A DNA stretch of 64,000 nt from Polyangiaceae bacterium (GCA_050287085.1 JBNKBE010000006.1:1-64000), one strand, 5' to 3'; shown: positions 11,402 to 21,087, numbered from the stretch's first letter. The notes: a model not told the origin generated them from the letters alone. Made by a program: numbers and translations.

Positions 11402-12147
11402 AGGTAGTGCACTTCGAGGCGGGCGCGAGCGCGGTCGAAGTAGTCCAGGGTCGCCCCGCGCAGTCGCCGCGCCACCAGCCAGCGATGCAGGTCAGCCCGA
11501 ACAGCTTGGTATTCGCCGCGAAATGGCGCTCGCCCAGAGCGATACAGATTGCGCAGCTCCTGCTCTGTGGGATTGAGCATAGGCGCCACCATGCGGTCGA
11601 GATACAAACTGGCTCGGGCTCGTCGCTGGGTCACCCGCAGAAGCTCGACGCGCGAAAGCCCTTCCGCCGCCAACGACTGATCCAGCGCGTTGCGCCCTCC
11701 CACGCGCAGGGCCAAGGCAAGTTCGGCGGTCCGCGCACGCTCAGCCACTTCAGCCTCACTGGGGCCGGGCGTCACCTCCAGCGCCGATAGAATCTCCTCG
11801 GCGATATGACGCTCAACGGCAGCCCGCACGTGGCGCTCGCGGTAGGGGCGGCTCTGCCCAGGGCGAAAGCCGGGCTCCGTCAAAGCCTCGAGGCGCGCCT
11901 CGAAAGCAAGCTCCCGCTCGAGGATGAAACGGGGAGCGTCGGTTCCGCCTAGCTCGGAGGCCGTGAAGCGCACCACGGCGCGCTCTACCGGCTCTGCGGC
12001 AAGCGACGCACTGGCGCCGAGACAAGCAACGCCGAGGCAAGCAACGCCCCACGTGAAGGCCAACGCTTGCCGCCGTCTCACGACCCGCGGAAGCTCCGCT
12101 GAGGGGCCGCGGCCCCCCGAGGCTCGACGCGAGGTCACTGTGCACAC
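11395..12147 (-). CDS. Exported hypothetical protein, possibly SurA/PrsA N-terminal-like chaperone fold
   Basis: Signal-like hydrophobic segment ending ASLA, VERAVVRF, PTEQELRNLY and RARLEV. Start codon uncertain. Confidence 0.55.
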   Translation of the reverse strand: MCTVTSRRASGGRGPSAELPRVVRRRQALAFTWGVACLGVACLGASASLAAEPVERAVVRFTASELGGTDAPRFILERELAFEARLEALTEPGFRPGQSRPYRERHVRAAVERHIAEEILSALEVTPGPSEAEVAERARTAELALALRVGGRNALDQSLAAEGLSRVELLRVTQRRARASLYLDRMVAPMLNPTEQELRNLYRSGRAPFRGEYQAVRADLHRWLVARRLRGATLDYFDRARARLEVHYLF

Positions 12148-12151
12148 CCGC

Positions 12152-12907
12152 TCAATGTACGACGGTTGATCCCTTATTTTCTTCCACGGGGCGCACAGCC
12201 ACGTCTTCCTTGGCGGCACTGCCCTCCGCTTCGCTCTCGTCCGCAGGTCCGCTCTTGGTGCCCGGTGGGATCCCCGGCCCCCGACGCGAACGAACGAATT
12301 CGACAAAAACCAAGACCCGGTCCAGGTCCTTTGGCGCCAGCCCCTCGAGCGCCTCTTCGATCCGACGCCGGGTTGCTTCGGCCCCCCGCGGGCGGCGGGC
12401 GGCGTTCTCTTCCGGCGGCAGCGGCGAAGCCTCTGAATCGCTGGGCCAAACCTTGCGCTCGACGGCGACGAGGGCATGGGCCGTCAGCCAAGCTTCCATG
12501 AACACGCGCAGACGCTCGCTGCGAAACACAAACCATCGCTCGCGCTCTGCGCTATGCGCCATCAGCACGTCCTTGAAGCGACGGAAGGCGCCTTTGCCGT
12601 CGATGGCGCGCATGAGCAACCCCTTTAGAGCGCCGTCTTCGACCATCTGAATGAAGCGCTCCATCCAGCGGTACTGCTCGCGAGAGCTGACGGATTCGAC
12701 GCGCAGATAGTCCGGCTCGGAAACGATCCGAGCGTGCATCTCGGGATCCGCCACCCCATCGACGATACGCAGGACCTCCCCGGAGCCAAGATGCAGGTAG
12801 CTATGCACTTCCGGCGCGTTGTTTTCGAAAGCATCTTCCAGCGCCTCCCAATCAATGGGGATACTCCGCGGAGCCTCTCGCTTGTCGTTCGTTCGCTCGT
12901 TGCGCAT
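12152..12907 (-). CDS. UPF0158 family protein
   Basis: IDWEALEDAFE...YL, YRWMERFI, AIDGKGAFRRFKDVL and ERWF.FR. Confidence 0.82.
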   Translation of the reverse strand: MRNERTNDKREAPRSIPIDWEALEDAFENNAPEVHSYLHLGSGEVLRIVDGVADPEMHARIVSEPDYLRVESVSSREQYRWMERFIQMVEDGALKGLLMRAIDGKGAFRRFKDVLMAHSAERERWFVFRSERLRVFMEAWLTAHALVAVERKVWPSDSEASPLPPEENAARRPRGAEATRRRIEEALEGLAPKDLDRVLVFVEFVRSRRGPGIPPGTKSGPADESEAEGSAAKEDVAVRPVEENKGSTVVH

Positions 12908-12914
12908 AGTCCAA

Positions 12915-14423
12915 CTACTTCGTCTTCTCGGCCACTCGCTCGCAGCCCGCCATGACCTGATCGATAGCGCGAGCCCAACGCCGACGCTCGCGTTCTCGTT
13001 CAGACTCGGACATAGTGCCATCGAATTGCCGTGGGGTCCGGATCATTTCTCGCGCTATCTCATCGGTCGTGAACCAGCCGGCGCCTACGCCTGCCAGCCA
13101 GGCCGCGCCTCGAGCCGTGGACTCGAGCTCCTGAGGACGCTGCACCGCTAGCCCGGAGATCCCCGCCTGCAGCTCCAGCAACAGGTCGTTGGCAGCGGCG
13201 CCACCGTCCACGAGTAAACGCTCCCCCAGGCCGCCCGCGGTTCGGCTCATCGACCGAAGAAGATCGTCCACCTGGAAGGCAATCGCCTCGAGCGTCGCGC
13301 GAGCGACGTGAGCCCGCGTCGTACCCCGCGTGATGCCGCTCAGCATGCCCGTCGCCTCTGGACGCCAATAGGGGGCCGCAAGGCCCGCCAACGCGGGGAC
13401 AAAGACCACCCCCCCCGCGTCAGGAACGCTGCGAGCCAGCGCCTCCACTTCGCCCGCGCTATCGAAGAGCCCAAGCCCGTCGCGCAGCCACTGCACGGCT
13501 GCCCCCGCAATGAAGCAACTGCCCTCGAGCGCGTAGGCCACCTCGTCCTGAAGTTGCCAGGCGATCGTCGTGAGCAAACCTTCGTCGCTGAACACGGGAG
13601 CGTTGCCCGTATTGGTCAACACAAATGCGCCCGTACCATAGGTACATTTGGCGTCTCCTGCCCTAAAACAACCCTGCCCAAAGAGGGCGGCGTGCTGGTC
13701 CCCTGCAACCCCATAGATCGGAATGCCGTCGGGCAAGAACGCCACCCCACGGGTTGCTCCAAACGCACCCGCGCTAGGCCGAACCTCGGCCAAAGCCGCG
13801 CGTGGGACCTCGAAGAGTTCACATAGCTCCGGCACCCAGGTCCGGCTGCGCAAGTCCAGAAGCTGCGTCCGGCACGCGTTGGTCACATCGGTGAGGTGTT
13901 CCCCGCCCGTCAATTTGAAGAGCAAGAAGCCGTCGATGGTTCCGAGGCATAAGCGGCCTCGAGCCGCCGCGTCCGCCACCGGCTGACTGTTCTGCAGCAA
14001 CCAGCGAAACTTGGAAGCGGAGAAATAGGGGTCGATGACCAGCCCTGTGCGCTCGCGCAAGAACGCGCCCTGTCCGTCCGCTTCCAGTTCCTGACAGAAC
14101 TCGGCCGTGCGCCGATCTTGCCAGACGATCGCGTGATGCAGGGGCGCACCGTCGTCGCGATCCCAAGCCACCGCCGTCTCGCGTTGATTGGTCAACCCTA
14201 TGGCAGCGATGTGCCCTGCAGCAGGAGCGTCGGCCAGGGCACCTTGCACCGCAAGTCGCACACTATTCCATACCTCTACCACATCGTGCTCGACCCAACC
14301 CGGCCGCGGGTAGTGCTGCGAGAACTCGACGTTGCAGCGACCGCGCACCGTCCCAGCGCGGTCCACCACCACAGCCGTCGTGCCCGTCGTCCCCTGATCG
14401 ACCGCCAGGATGAACTCGCTCAT
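12915..14423 (-). CDS. glpK: Glycerol kinase
   Basis: DQGTTGT, TNQRET, WQDRRT, DPYFSASK, GDQHAALFGQ, KCTYGTG and DGGAAAN. Confidence 0.96.
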   Translation of the reverse strand: MSEFILAVDQGTTGTTAVVVDRAGTVRGRCNVEFSQHYPRPGWVEHDVVEVWNSVRLAVQGALADAPAAGHIAAIGLTNQRETAVAWDRDDGAPLHHAIVWQDRRTAEFCQELEADGQGAFLRERTGLVIDPYFSASKFRWLLQNSQPVADAAARGRLCLGTIDGFLLFKLTGGEHLTDVTNACRTQLLDLRSRTWVPELCELFEVPRAALAEVRPSAGAFGATRGVAFLPDGIPIYGVAGDQHAALFGQGCFRAGDAKCTYGTGAFVLTNTGNAPVFSDEGLLTTIAWQLQDEVAYALEGSCFIAGAAVQWLRDGLGLFDSAGEVEALARSVPDAGGVVFVPALAGLAAPYWRPEATGMLSGITRGTTRAHVARATLEAIAFQVDDLLRSMSRTAGGLGERLLVDGGAAANDLLLELQAGISGLAVQRPQELESTARGAAWLAGVGAGWFTTDEIAREMIRTPRQFDGTMSESERERERRRWARAIDQVMAGCERVAEKTK

Positions 14424-14571
14424 GCCCGCACCGTAGCTCCCCAGCCGGTCCAGCTCAAGGCGGACCCGGCCCGAGGCGCCGCTTGCGCGTGTACAAAAGC
14501 TCCCGGCTCGCTTTTAGCCTTTCACCTGTTTGACTTGTACCGCGCTGCCCGCGACGGTAGCCTGCTCCAAC

Positions 14572-16323
14572 ATGGCGCGGTTAGTGCTTACAACGCCCGA
14601 AGGGCAGCAGACCGTCGACCTGCGGCCGCGCAACACGCTTGGGCGACACCCAAACAACTCGATCCAGCTGCTCGACAAGATCGTCTCCAAGGAGCATTGC
14701 GTCATCGTCGAGCGCGGCGGAGCTTACGTGCTGCAGGACCTCGGCAGCCTCAACGGGACTTTCGTGGGCGGCGAGCGCGTGGTCGGCGAGCGGGAGCTCG
14801 TCGACGGCGACGAGATAGCCATGGGCTCCACGCGTGCTCGCTTCATTGCGGGCCTGCCGCACGCCAATCCCCCGAATGCTTCGTGGCCTGCGCCCGCCCA
14901 GCCCGCTGGCTTGTCGCCGCTGGAAAGTGCACACACCTTCCAGCTCCCCCCGGGCGGGCCGACGGGCACGCAGCCGATCCCAGCGCAGACCCGTCATCTC
15001 GCAAACCAAACGCGCGTGGACATGAGCGACGCCGGGCGCGCCATCGGCAATCAGATCGACGCGACGGCCCACGGCTTTCAGACCTACGCGGAACTCGCAA
15101 ACAACCCTGCACAGCTGTCGGCCGACTACGAGCGACTGCGACTCTCCCACGAGCTTTCGCGAGAGATCGCACTCGAGCGCGACCTTCACTCCCTGCTCAA
15201 CAAGATTCTGCAGAGCGTCTTTCGCTTCATCAGGGCAGACCGTGGGGTAATTTTCCTACGCGACGCGGCACAAGGTGGCGAGCTCCTGCCCTGCGCGAGC
15301 CTGCGCCGCGACGGCTCAAGCGACGCCATCAGCGTCTCGCAGACCATTCTGCAACACGTCATGCGCGAGCGAGCGACGGTGTTGACCCACGACGCAGCCA
15401 TGGACTTTGCCGGCTCCCAGGGGCGCAGCATGATCTTGCACCGCATCAGCTCGGCAATCGTCGCGCCGCTGCTGCACAACGACGACCTGCTCGGCGTGTT
15501 GTGGCTCGACAGCGAGACGCTGGCGCAGTTCCAAGCCAAAGATCTCGAAATGGTGACGTCGATCGCCGCCCAAGCGGCGATGTTCATCGAGATCAACATC
15601 TTGGGTCGCAAGCTGCAGCAGGAAGCCGTAACCCGAGAACGCTTCAGCCGACTGCTCTCGCCCAACGTCGCCGAGAAGGTATTGTCCGGCGACATGATCG
15701 TCGAAAAAGGCGGTCAGCTCGTCGATTGCACCGTCTTCAACTCGGACATCCGGGGTTTCACTCGGATGAGCGAAGGTGCTGACCCTGAAGCCGTGGTGGA
15801 ACTGCTGAACGAGTACTTCGAACACATGGTGGAGACGATCTTCCGTTTCGAGGGTACGCTCGACAAGTTCATGGGTGACGGCATCATGGCCTTGTGGGGC
15901 GCGCCTGTTGCCCATCCGGACGATGCGCCCCGCGCTGTGGCGTCTGCGATCGAACAACTGCGACTGCTGAGTGAACTGAACACCCGACGACGGGGTTCAA
16001 CCCAATTGCCCCCCATTGAAATCGGCATCGGAATCCACACCGGCAAGGTGGTGGCGGGCTACATCGGAAGCTCGCGGGCGCTCTCGTACACGGTCATCGG
16101 CGACACCGCCAATACCAGCGCACGACTCTGTGGCGTTGCCGGGCCGGGGCAGCTCCTGGTGAGCGAAGCCACCTTGGCGGAGCTGGGCGCGATGTTTCAG
16201 TACCGCGAGCTAGAGCCCGTTCAGCTGAAGGGCAAGCGGAGCCCCTTCCGCATCTTCGAGATCTTACACAACCCCGCGCTGGCTCAGGTCCCCGCTGGCC
16301 TATCGTCGCGACCGCCGGGCTAA
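14572..16323 (+). CDS. FHA-GAF-class III adenylate/guanylate cyclase
   Basis: FHA (LGR...VSKEH...GSLNGT), GAF (S..IL.HV...APL...GVLWLD) and cyclase motifs (SDIRGFT, DKFMGDGIM, GIGIHTG, YTVIGDTAN..ARL). Lys at the specificity position suggests ATP as substrate. Confidence 0.92.
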   Translation: MARLVLTTPEGQQTVDLRPRNTLGRHPNNSIQLLDKIVSKEHCVIVERGGAYVLQDLGSLNGTFVGGERVVGERELVDGDEIAMGSTRARFIAGLPHANPPNASWPAPAQPAGLSPLESAHTFQLPPGGPTGTQPIPAQTRHLANQTRVDMSDAGRAIGNQIDATAHGFQTYAELANNPAQLSADYERLRLSHELSREIALERDLHSLLNKILQSVFRFIRADRGVIFLRDAAQGGELLPCASLRRDGSSDAISVSQTILQHVMRERATVLTHDAAMDFAGSQGRSMILHRISSAIVAPLLHNDDLLGVLWLDSETLAQFQAKDLEMVTSIAAQAAMFIEINILGRKLQQEAVTRERFSRLLSPNVAEKVLSGDMIVEKGGQLVDCTVFNSDIRGFTRMSEGADPEAVVELLNEYFEHMVETIFRFEGTLDKFMGDGIMALWGAPVAHPDDAPRAVASAIEQLRLLSELNTRRRGSTQLPPIEIGIGIHTGKVVAGYIGSSRALSYTVIGDTANTSARLCGVAGPGQLLVSEATLAELGAMFQYRELEPVQLKGKRSPFRIFEILHNPALAQVPAGLSSRPPG

Positions 16324-16343
16324 GCCGGGCTAAGCCGGGCTAA
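16314..16343. repeat. Perfect 10-bp tandem repeat GCCGGGCTAA x3
   Basis: The first unit contains the TAA stop of the cyclase gene. Confidence 0.9.
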
Positions 16344-16455
16344 ACGGGGTGGGAAGTAAACAGGCGAGTAAAGTGCGAGGGTGAAACCGCGGCGAAACCT
16401 GCGGAGAAGCGGGATGACCCCGGCGGTCAAAAGCTGTTTGGCGACGATTGTTTCG

Positions 16456-16485
16456 TTGACGCCCGGATTTGCGAACGGATAGAGT
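16456..16485 (+). promoter_or_regulatory. Putative sigma70-type promoter
   Basis: TTGACG (16456-16461), 18-bp spacer, TAGAGT (16480-16485), located in the long intergenic region upstream of gap. Confidence 0.4.
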
Positions 16486-17094
16486 CACGCTCAAATGAGA
16501 GTTCGGGGTCTTTAGCGCTCCGACCGCAGGCGCTGCAGTCGCGGGCGCCACACAACCGCAAGCCCTAGCACCCCGTATTCCTACGCCCTCCCAAGCCCAT
16601 CGTCCATTCACGCGCCATTGCCCGCTTGGGGCGGCGAGCGCCATTGCCCCGGGGTATCGCCTCGAATCGCCGTGCTTGTGGGAATCGCGGTATCCCCTGG
16701 AATCGCGGTGGGGGTCTTACACTGCCATCAGGTCCGTGAAGAGACCTCAGAGGGAGCGACGGCAAAGGGTTTCCGTGACGGAGTGCAGTTCTGGGGTCGA
16801 CGCTTCACTTCGGCCATGGCACAAGCCGCGGGGCCTTTCACGGGGCTCGCGACAGACGTCACCGATACCCTTGAGGTCGGCCCCCGTCGGAAACTAAGTC
16901 ATCGCGCGACTTGCTTGGGCTCCGGCCCCGCGAAGGCTACACCAGGGCGGGATTTCAGCGTCGCCGTTTCGTGGCTGAAACGGAACGCGCTCTAGGCAGC
17001 CAGAGCTGGTAACGCTAGGGCTCAGTCCCTCGACCCGAGAAACGCAATTGGGAGCCACAGCGCTCGAAAACCGAAAGAGAATCAGGAGAATATC

Positions 17095-18114
17095 ATGGCA
17101 ATAAAGGTTGGTATCAACGGCTTCGGTCGCATTGGACGCTGCGTGCTTCGCGCCATTCACGAACGCGGTTTGGCGGGTGAAATCGAAGTGGTGGGCATCA
17201 ACGACCTCACCGATCCGAAGACCCTGGCGCACCTGCTCAAGTACGACTCTGTCCACCGTACCTTCAAGGCCGCACCGGTCTCCTCGTCGAAAGACGGCAT
17301 CGTCGTCGGCGACAAGGAGATTCGCGTCTCTTCGGTCCGTTCCCCCGCAGAGCTTCCGTGGAAAGAACTCGGTGCCGACGTTGTGCTCGAGTGCACCGGC
17401 CTGTTCACGACCGGCGAAGATGCCGCGGGCCACCTCAAGGCGGGCGCCAGCAAGGTCATCATCAGTGCTCCGGCCAAGGGTCACGACCTCACCGTCGTCA
17501 TGGGCGTCAACCAAGACCAATACGACGCCTCCAAGCACAACATCATCTCCAACGGCTCATGCACGACCAACTGCCTGGCCCCGGTGGCCAAGGTGCTGCT
17601 CGATGAGTTCGGAATCAAGCGCGGCTTGATGACCACTGTGCACTCCTACACCAACGACCAGGCCGTCCTGGATGTACCCCACCGCAAGGGCGATCTGCGC
17701 CGTGCGCGCGCCGCCGCCGTCAGCATGATCCCGACGAGCACGGGTGCCGCCGCCGCGGTGAGCCAAGTCATCCCCGCGCTGACCGGCAAGTTTGACGGTC
17801 TGGCCGTACGCGTTCCAACCATGGACGTCTCGTTGGTCGACCTATCGCTCGAGACCGAAAAGACCGTCACGGTCGACTCGATCAACGCGGCGGTGGCCAA
17901 GGCGGCCGAAAGCGCCGCCATGAAGGGCTTCCTCTACTACAGCGACGAGCCACTCGTTTCGAGCGACTACATCGGTCATCCAGGCTCCAGCATCTTCGAC
18001 GGCACCATGACCAAGGTCATGGGTGACAACTTCGCGAAGGTCTTCTCGTGGTACGACAACGAGTGGGGCTTTTCCAACCGCATGGTTGATATCACCAAAC
18101 TGCTCGCAGGCTGA
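17095..18114 (+). CDS. gap: Glyceraldehyde-3-phosphate dehydrogenase (type I)
   Basis: GINGFGRIGR, SCTTNCLAP, RRARAAA and WYDNEWGF. Strong RBS AGGAG. Confidence 0.98.
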   Translation: MAIKVGINGFGRIGRCVLRAIHERGLAGEIEVVGINDLTDPKTLAHLLKYDSVHRTFKAAPVSSSKDGIVVGDKEIRVSSVRSPAELPWKELGADVVLECTGLFTTGEDAAGHLKAGASKVIISAPAKGHDLTVVMGVNQDQYDASKHNIISNGSCTTNCLAPVAKVLLDEFGIKRGLMTTVHSYTNDQAVLDVPHRKGDLRRARAAAVSMIPTSTGAAAAVSQVIPALTGKFDGLAVRVPTMDVSLVDLSLETEKTVTVDSINAAVAKAAESAAMKGFLYYSDEPLVSSDYIGHPGSSIFDGTMTKVMGDNFAKVFSWYDNEWGFSNRMVDITKLLAG

Positions 18115-18248
18115 ACCTGCCGGCACGGTAGCGGGGGGCGTGCTGAACACTCATCAGGCCCCCGCGACCCAAAGCGAAGCGATCGCCGCCAAGAGTCGAG
18201 ACATGAGCTCTTCCTTCGGCGGTCGCTTCTGCTAGGTTGCCGCCCCCC

Positions 18249-19343
18249 ATGTTCCAGTTCAAAGGCCTCCGGCGCCTCGAAGACCTCGAGGTGACCAAGA
18301 ATCGCGTACTTCTGCGCGCCGACCTCAACTGTCCGCTCGCACCCGATGGGTCGGTTGCCGACGACACCAAGCTACTAGCAGCGGTCCCCACCCTGAAGCA
18401 GCTGCTCGACGCAGAAGCGCAGGTCCTGATTGCAGCGCACCAGAACCCCCTTAGCGCCGACCAAAAAGCACCGAGCCTAGCGGCCGCTGCGGAGCGACTC
18501 GCCGAACTCACCGGAGTCGAGATCTTGCTCCCGGAACGCAACAGTCGCTTGCTGATCAATCGGCTGCTGGTCGACGCTGCGGGTGGACGTATCGTTCTGC
18601 TCGAGAATCTGCTGACCGAACCCGGTGAACTGACCGGCGATGACGGTTTGGCTCGACGGCTGGTCGAAGGCGCTCATTTCTATATCGGAGACTGCCTAGA
18701 AGCTCCGACAAGCGGCGCAAGCACCACCCGGGCGCCCAAGTTTTGTTCCGAGCGAGCGATGGGCATTGCGCTCGAACAAGAGCTGCTCTGGCTCCAGGAG
18801 TTTGAGTCGGTGCCTGCCGCGCAGCGCGCATTTGTACTGGGCGGCCCCTTCGACGAGGTGGAAGGTCCACTGCGCCGGCTCATGCGCCAGGGCCATACCG
18901 TCTGCGTGGGGGGCGATGCGGGGTTGCTCTTGGCACAAACGGAGGCCGGCACCTGCGACGGCCCCGAGGCGGCACGGGCCCGCACGCTGCTGGCCTCGGC
19001 ACGCGACGCCGGTATCCAGCTGCTCCTGCCATCATCGGGTAAACGCGGAACGCGCCTTTTTTCAGCCGAAGCCCTAGCCACGTTGAACGATAAGCTTAGC
19101 CGTGCCGCTATGGTGCTGGTGGGCGGCGAGCTGGACTCCGCGGGTAGCACCGCCACGTTGTGCCAGCTGCTCTGCGACTCAACACGGGTCGTTCTGGCGC
19201 TCCCCAACCCCCGCGCGCGTGGACTGGTGCCGCAGCCAGCGCCCAGCGGTCTGGCTTTTGTTTCGGCCGCCGGCACCGAGCTCCTTCGGCTGTTCTGCGG
19301 CTACAACTCCCCCGTGGTTGAGACCCTCCGCATGCCGAGTTAG
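18249..19343 (+). CDS. pgk: Phosphoglycerate kinase-like protein, highly degenerate (candidate pseudoenzyme)
   Basis: Lies between gap and tpiA. RVLLRADLNCP, DDTK, PTL..LL and IVLLENL match the PGK N-domain, but most catalytic and ATP-binding motifs are altered. Confidence 0.75.
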   Translation: MFQFKGLRRLEDLEVTKNRVLLRADLNCPLAPDGSVADDTKLLAAVPTLKQLLDAEAQVLIAAHQNPLSADQKAPSLAAAAERLAELTGVEILLPERNSRLLINRLLVDAAGGRIVLLENLLTEPGELTGDDGLARRLVEGAHFYIGDCLEAPTSGASTTRAPKFCSERAMGIALEQELLWLQEFESVPAAQRAFVLGGPFDEVEGPLRRLMRQGHTVCVGGDAGLLLAQTEAGTCDGPEAARARTLLASARDAGIQLLLPSSGKRGTRLFSAEALATLNDKLSRAAMVLVGGELDSAGSTATLCQLLCDSTRVVLALPNPRARGLVPQPAPSGLAFVSAAGTELLRLFCGYNSPVVETLRMPS

Positions 19344-19404
19344 GGTCTCGAAACGCCCCCCTGCCCCGCCGTCCAAAGCGATGGCCGAAAAGAAAGACAC
19401 GCCC

Positions 19405-20157
19405 ATGACAGACCGACGCCCCTTGATTGCCGGAAACTGGAAAATGAACTGCGGAGCTCCGGCCGACCTCGCACTGGCTCGCGCCGTCGCCTCAGGCGCA
19501 AGCGCCACCAGCGCGGAGCTCGTCGTGGCTCCGCCCTTCACCTTGCTGGCCCAGGCCGCTTCCGAGCTGAGCGGTGGTCCCGTCGCGCTAGCAGCCCAGA
19601 ACGTCCACCAGGAAGCTAGCGGTGCCTACACCGGTGAAGTATCCGCCTCCATGCTGAAAGCCGCGGGCGTCCAATGGGTGATCATCGGACACAGCGAGCG
19701 CCGGCAATATTTCGGCGAAACAGACGACTTGGTGCTGGCCAAGACCCGTGCCGTATTTGCGGCAGAGCTCAAGCCCATGGTCTGCATCGGAGAAACCCTC
19801 GAAGAGCGGGAAAGCGGCAGAACGCTCGAGGTTGTCTTCAAGCAGCTCGACGCCGTGGCGGGCGCCCTCGCCGAGCACGAGGGCGTCGGAGTCATCGCCT
19901 ACGAGCCCGTCTGGGCCATCGGCACGGGCAAGGTCGCCACCCCGGAGCAAGCGGACGAGGTCCATGCGGCCATTCGCGAGCGCCTTGCACTGACGAGCGG
20001 CTCGCTGGCCAACAACACGCGTATCCTCTACGGCGGCAGCGTGAAGCCAGGAAACGCTGTAGAATTAATGAGTTGCACCAACATCGACGGAGCGCTAGTC
20101 GGGGGTGCGTCGCTCAACGCTGAGGACTTTCTGGCAATCGCTACCGCGGCGAAGTAA
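19405..20157 (+). CDS. tpiA: Triosephosphate isomerase
   Basis: AGNWKMN, GHSERR, AYEPVWAIGTG, YGGSVK and DGALVGGASL. Alternative ATG at 19381. Confidence 0.97.
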   Translation: MTDRRPLIAGNWKMNCGAPADLALARAVASGASATSAELVVAPPFTLLAQAASELSGGPVALAAQNVHQEASGAYTGEVSASMLKAAGVQWVIIGHSERRQYFGETDDLVLAKTRAVFAAELKPMVCIGETLEERESGRTLEVVFKQLDAVAGALAEHEGVGVIAYEPVWAIGTGKVATPEQADEVHAAIRERLALTSGSLANNTRILYGGSVKPGNAVELMSCTNIDGALVGGASLNAEDFLAIATAAK

Positions 20158-20241
20158 AGGCGGACCCCTAGCGGGAGACCGCAGCGCCGCGTATCCGGCT
20201 CCCCGGGTCGGGTGCGGGCTCACTCATCATCAGGTTGTTCC

Positions 20242-21087
20242 ATGCTCGAAGTATTTGAGACTCCAATCACCGTATTGCACGTCCTGGTATGCCTTTTTCT
20301 CGTACTCATCGTGCTCATCCAGCCCGGCAAGAGCGGTGGGTTGGGTGCCGCTCTCGGCGGAGCGGGTGCGCAGCAAGTGTTCGGGGGGCGAGGCGCCGGT
20401 AACTTCCTGTCGCGAGCCACGTGGATCTGCGCAGGGACCTTCTTCTTGACGAGCATGGTCCTCGCCTACGTGTCCTCGTCGACCGGAGATAGCTTAGCTG
20501 AACGCACAGCGGCGGCGATCGGCCCCCTCGACGAGCCAGAAAGCGCCACCAAAACTGCGGACGAGCAGGTGAACGAGCAGGGCGCTGGCGAAAAGCAGGG
20601 CGCTGGCGAAAAGCAGGCCCCTGCGGACGAGCCAGGCGCCGCCACCCCCACAACCGGCGAAGGCGACGAGGCAAGTCCCGAGGCCGCTGCGAACTCTCCG
20701 GCGGGAGAAGCCGCCGGGAGCGAAGCCACCACCCCGGCACCGACCGCAAGCGCCTCCGCCGACGCAGCGCCCGCAACGGCGATCCCTGTGAAGCCGGCGC
20801 CGCCCGTGGCTCAGCCTATCAAGCTACCGACGCCCAACGCGCAGGCGACGCCCAACACAACGCTACAGCCCAAGGCGACGCCGGCAGCCCCCAAGTCGCC
20901 CTCTCCCCAGACGGCACCGCCAGCACCCGTTAGCGCCGCCCCCAAGACGCCCGCGCCCTCAGCACCGGCAGCCCCCATGCCCGCTGCGCCCCGCGCGCCC
21001 TCGGCCCCAGCTCCGGCCGCGCCCAGCGCTCAGGTCCCGTCGTCGGGAGCCACCCCCGCTGCGCCCGCTCCGGCGCCGGCGCCGTGA
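20242..21087 (+). CDS. secG: Preprotein translocase subunit SecG with long low-complexity C-terminal tail
   Basis: TM1-VLIQPGKSGGLG..GG....FG.RG..NFL.R.T-TM2, in the conserved position after tpiA. About 200 aa of acidic then Pro/Ala/Thr/Ser-rich tail follows. Confidence 0.9.
   Translation: MLEVFETPITVLHVLVCLFLVLIVLIQPGKSGGLGAALGGAGAQQVFGGRGAGNFLSRATWICAGTFFLTSMVLAYVSSSTGDSLAERTAAAIGPLDEPESATKTADEQVNEQGAGEKQGAGEKQAPADEPGAATPTTGEGDEASPEAAANSPAGEAAGSEATTPAPTASASADAAPATAIPVKPAPPVAQPIKLPTPNAQATPNTTLQPKATPAAPKSPSPQTAPPAPVSAAPKTPAPSAPAAPMPAAPRAPSAPAPAAPSAQVPSSGATPAAPAPAPAP

Noticed and set aside
14118..15782. Long alternative-frame or antisense ORFs (e.g. 14118-15782, 2628-3983, 50655-51803, 47993-49006)
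   Set aside because: These are Arg/Pro/Ala-rich shadow ORFs overlapping well-supported genes, as expected in high-GC DNA.
16728..16760. TCAGGTCCGTGAAG as SRP RNA domain IV
   Set aside because: It lacks the GNRA loop with GGAAGCAG 3' strand and the long SRP stem.
16816..16832. TGGCAC motifs (16817, 50823) as sigma54 promoters
   Set aside because: No TTGC/GC at the required -12 spacing.
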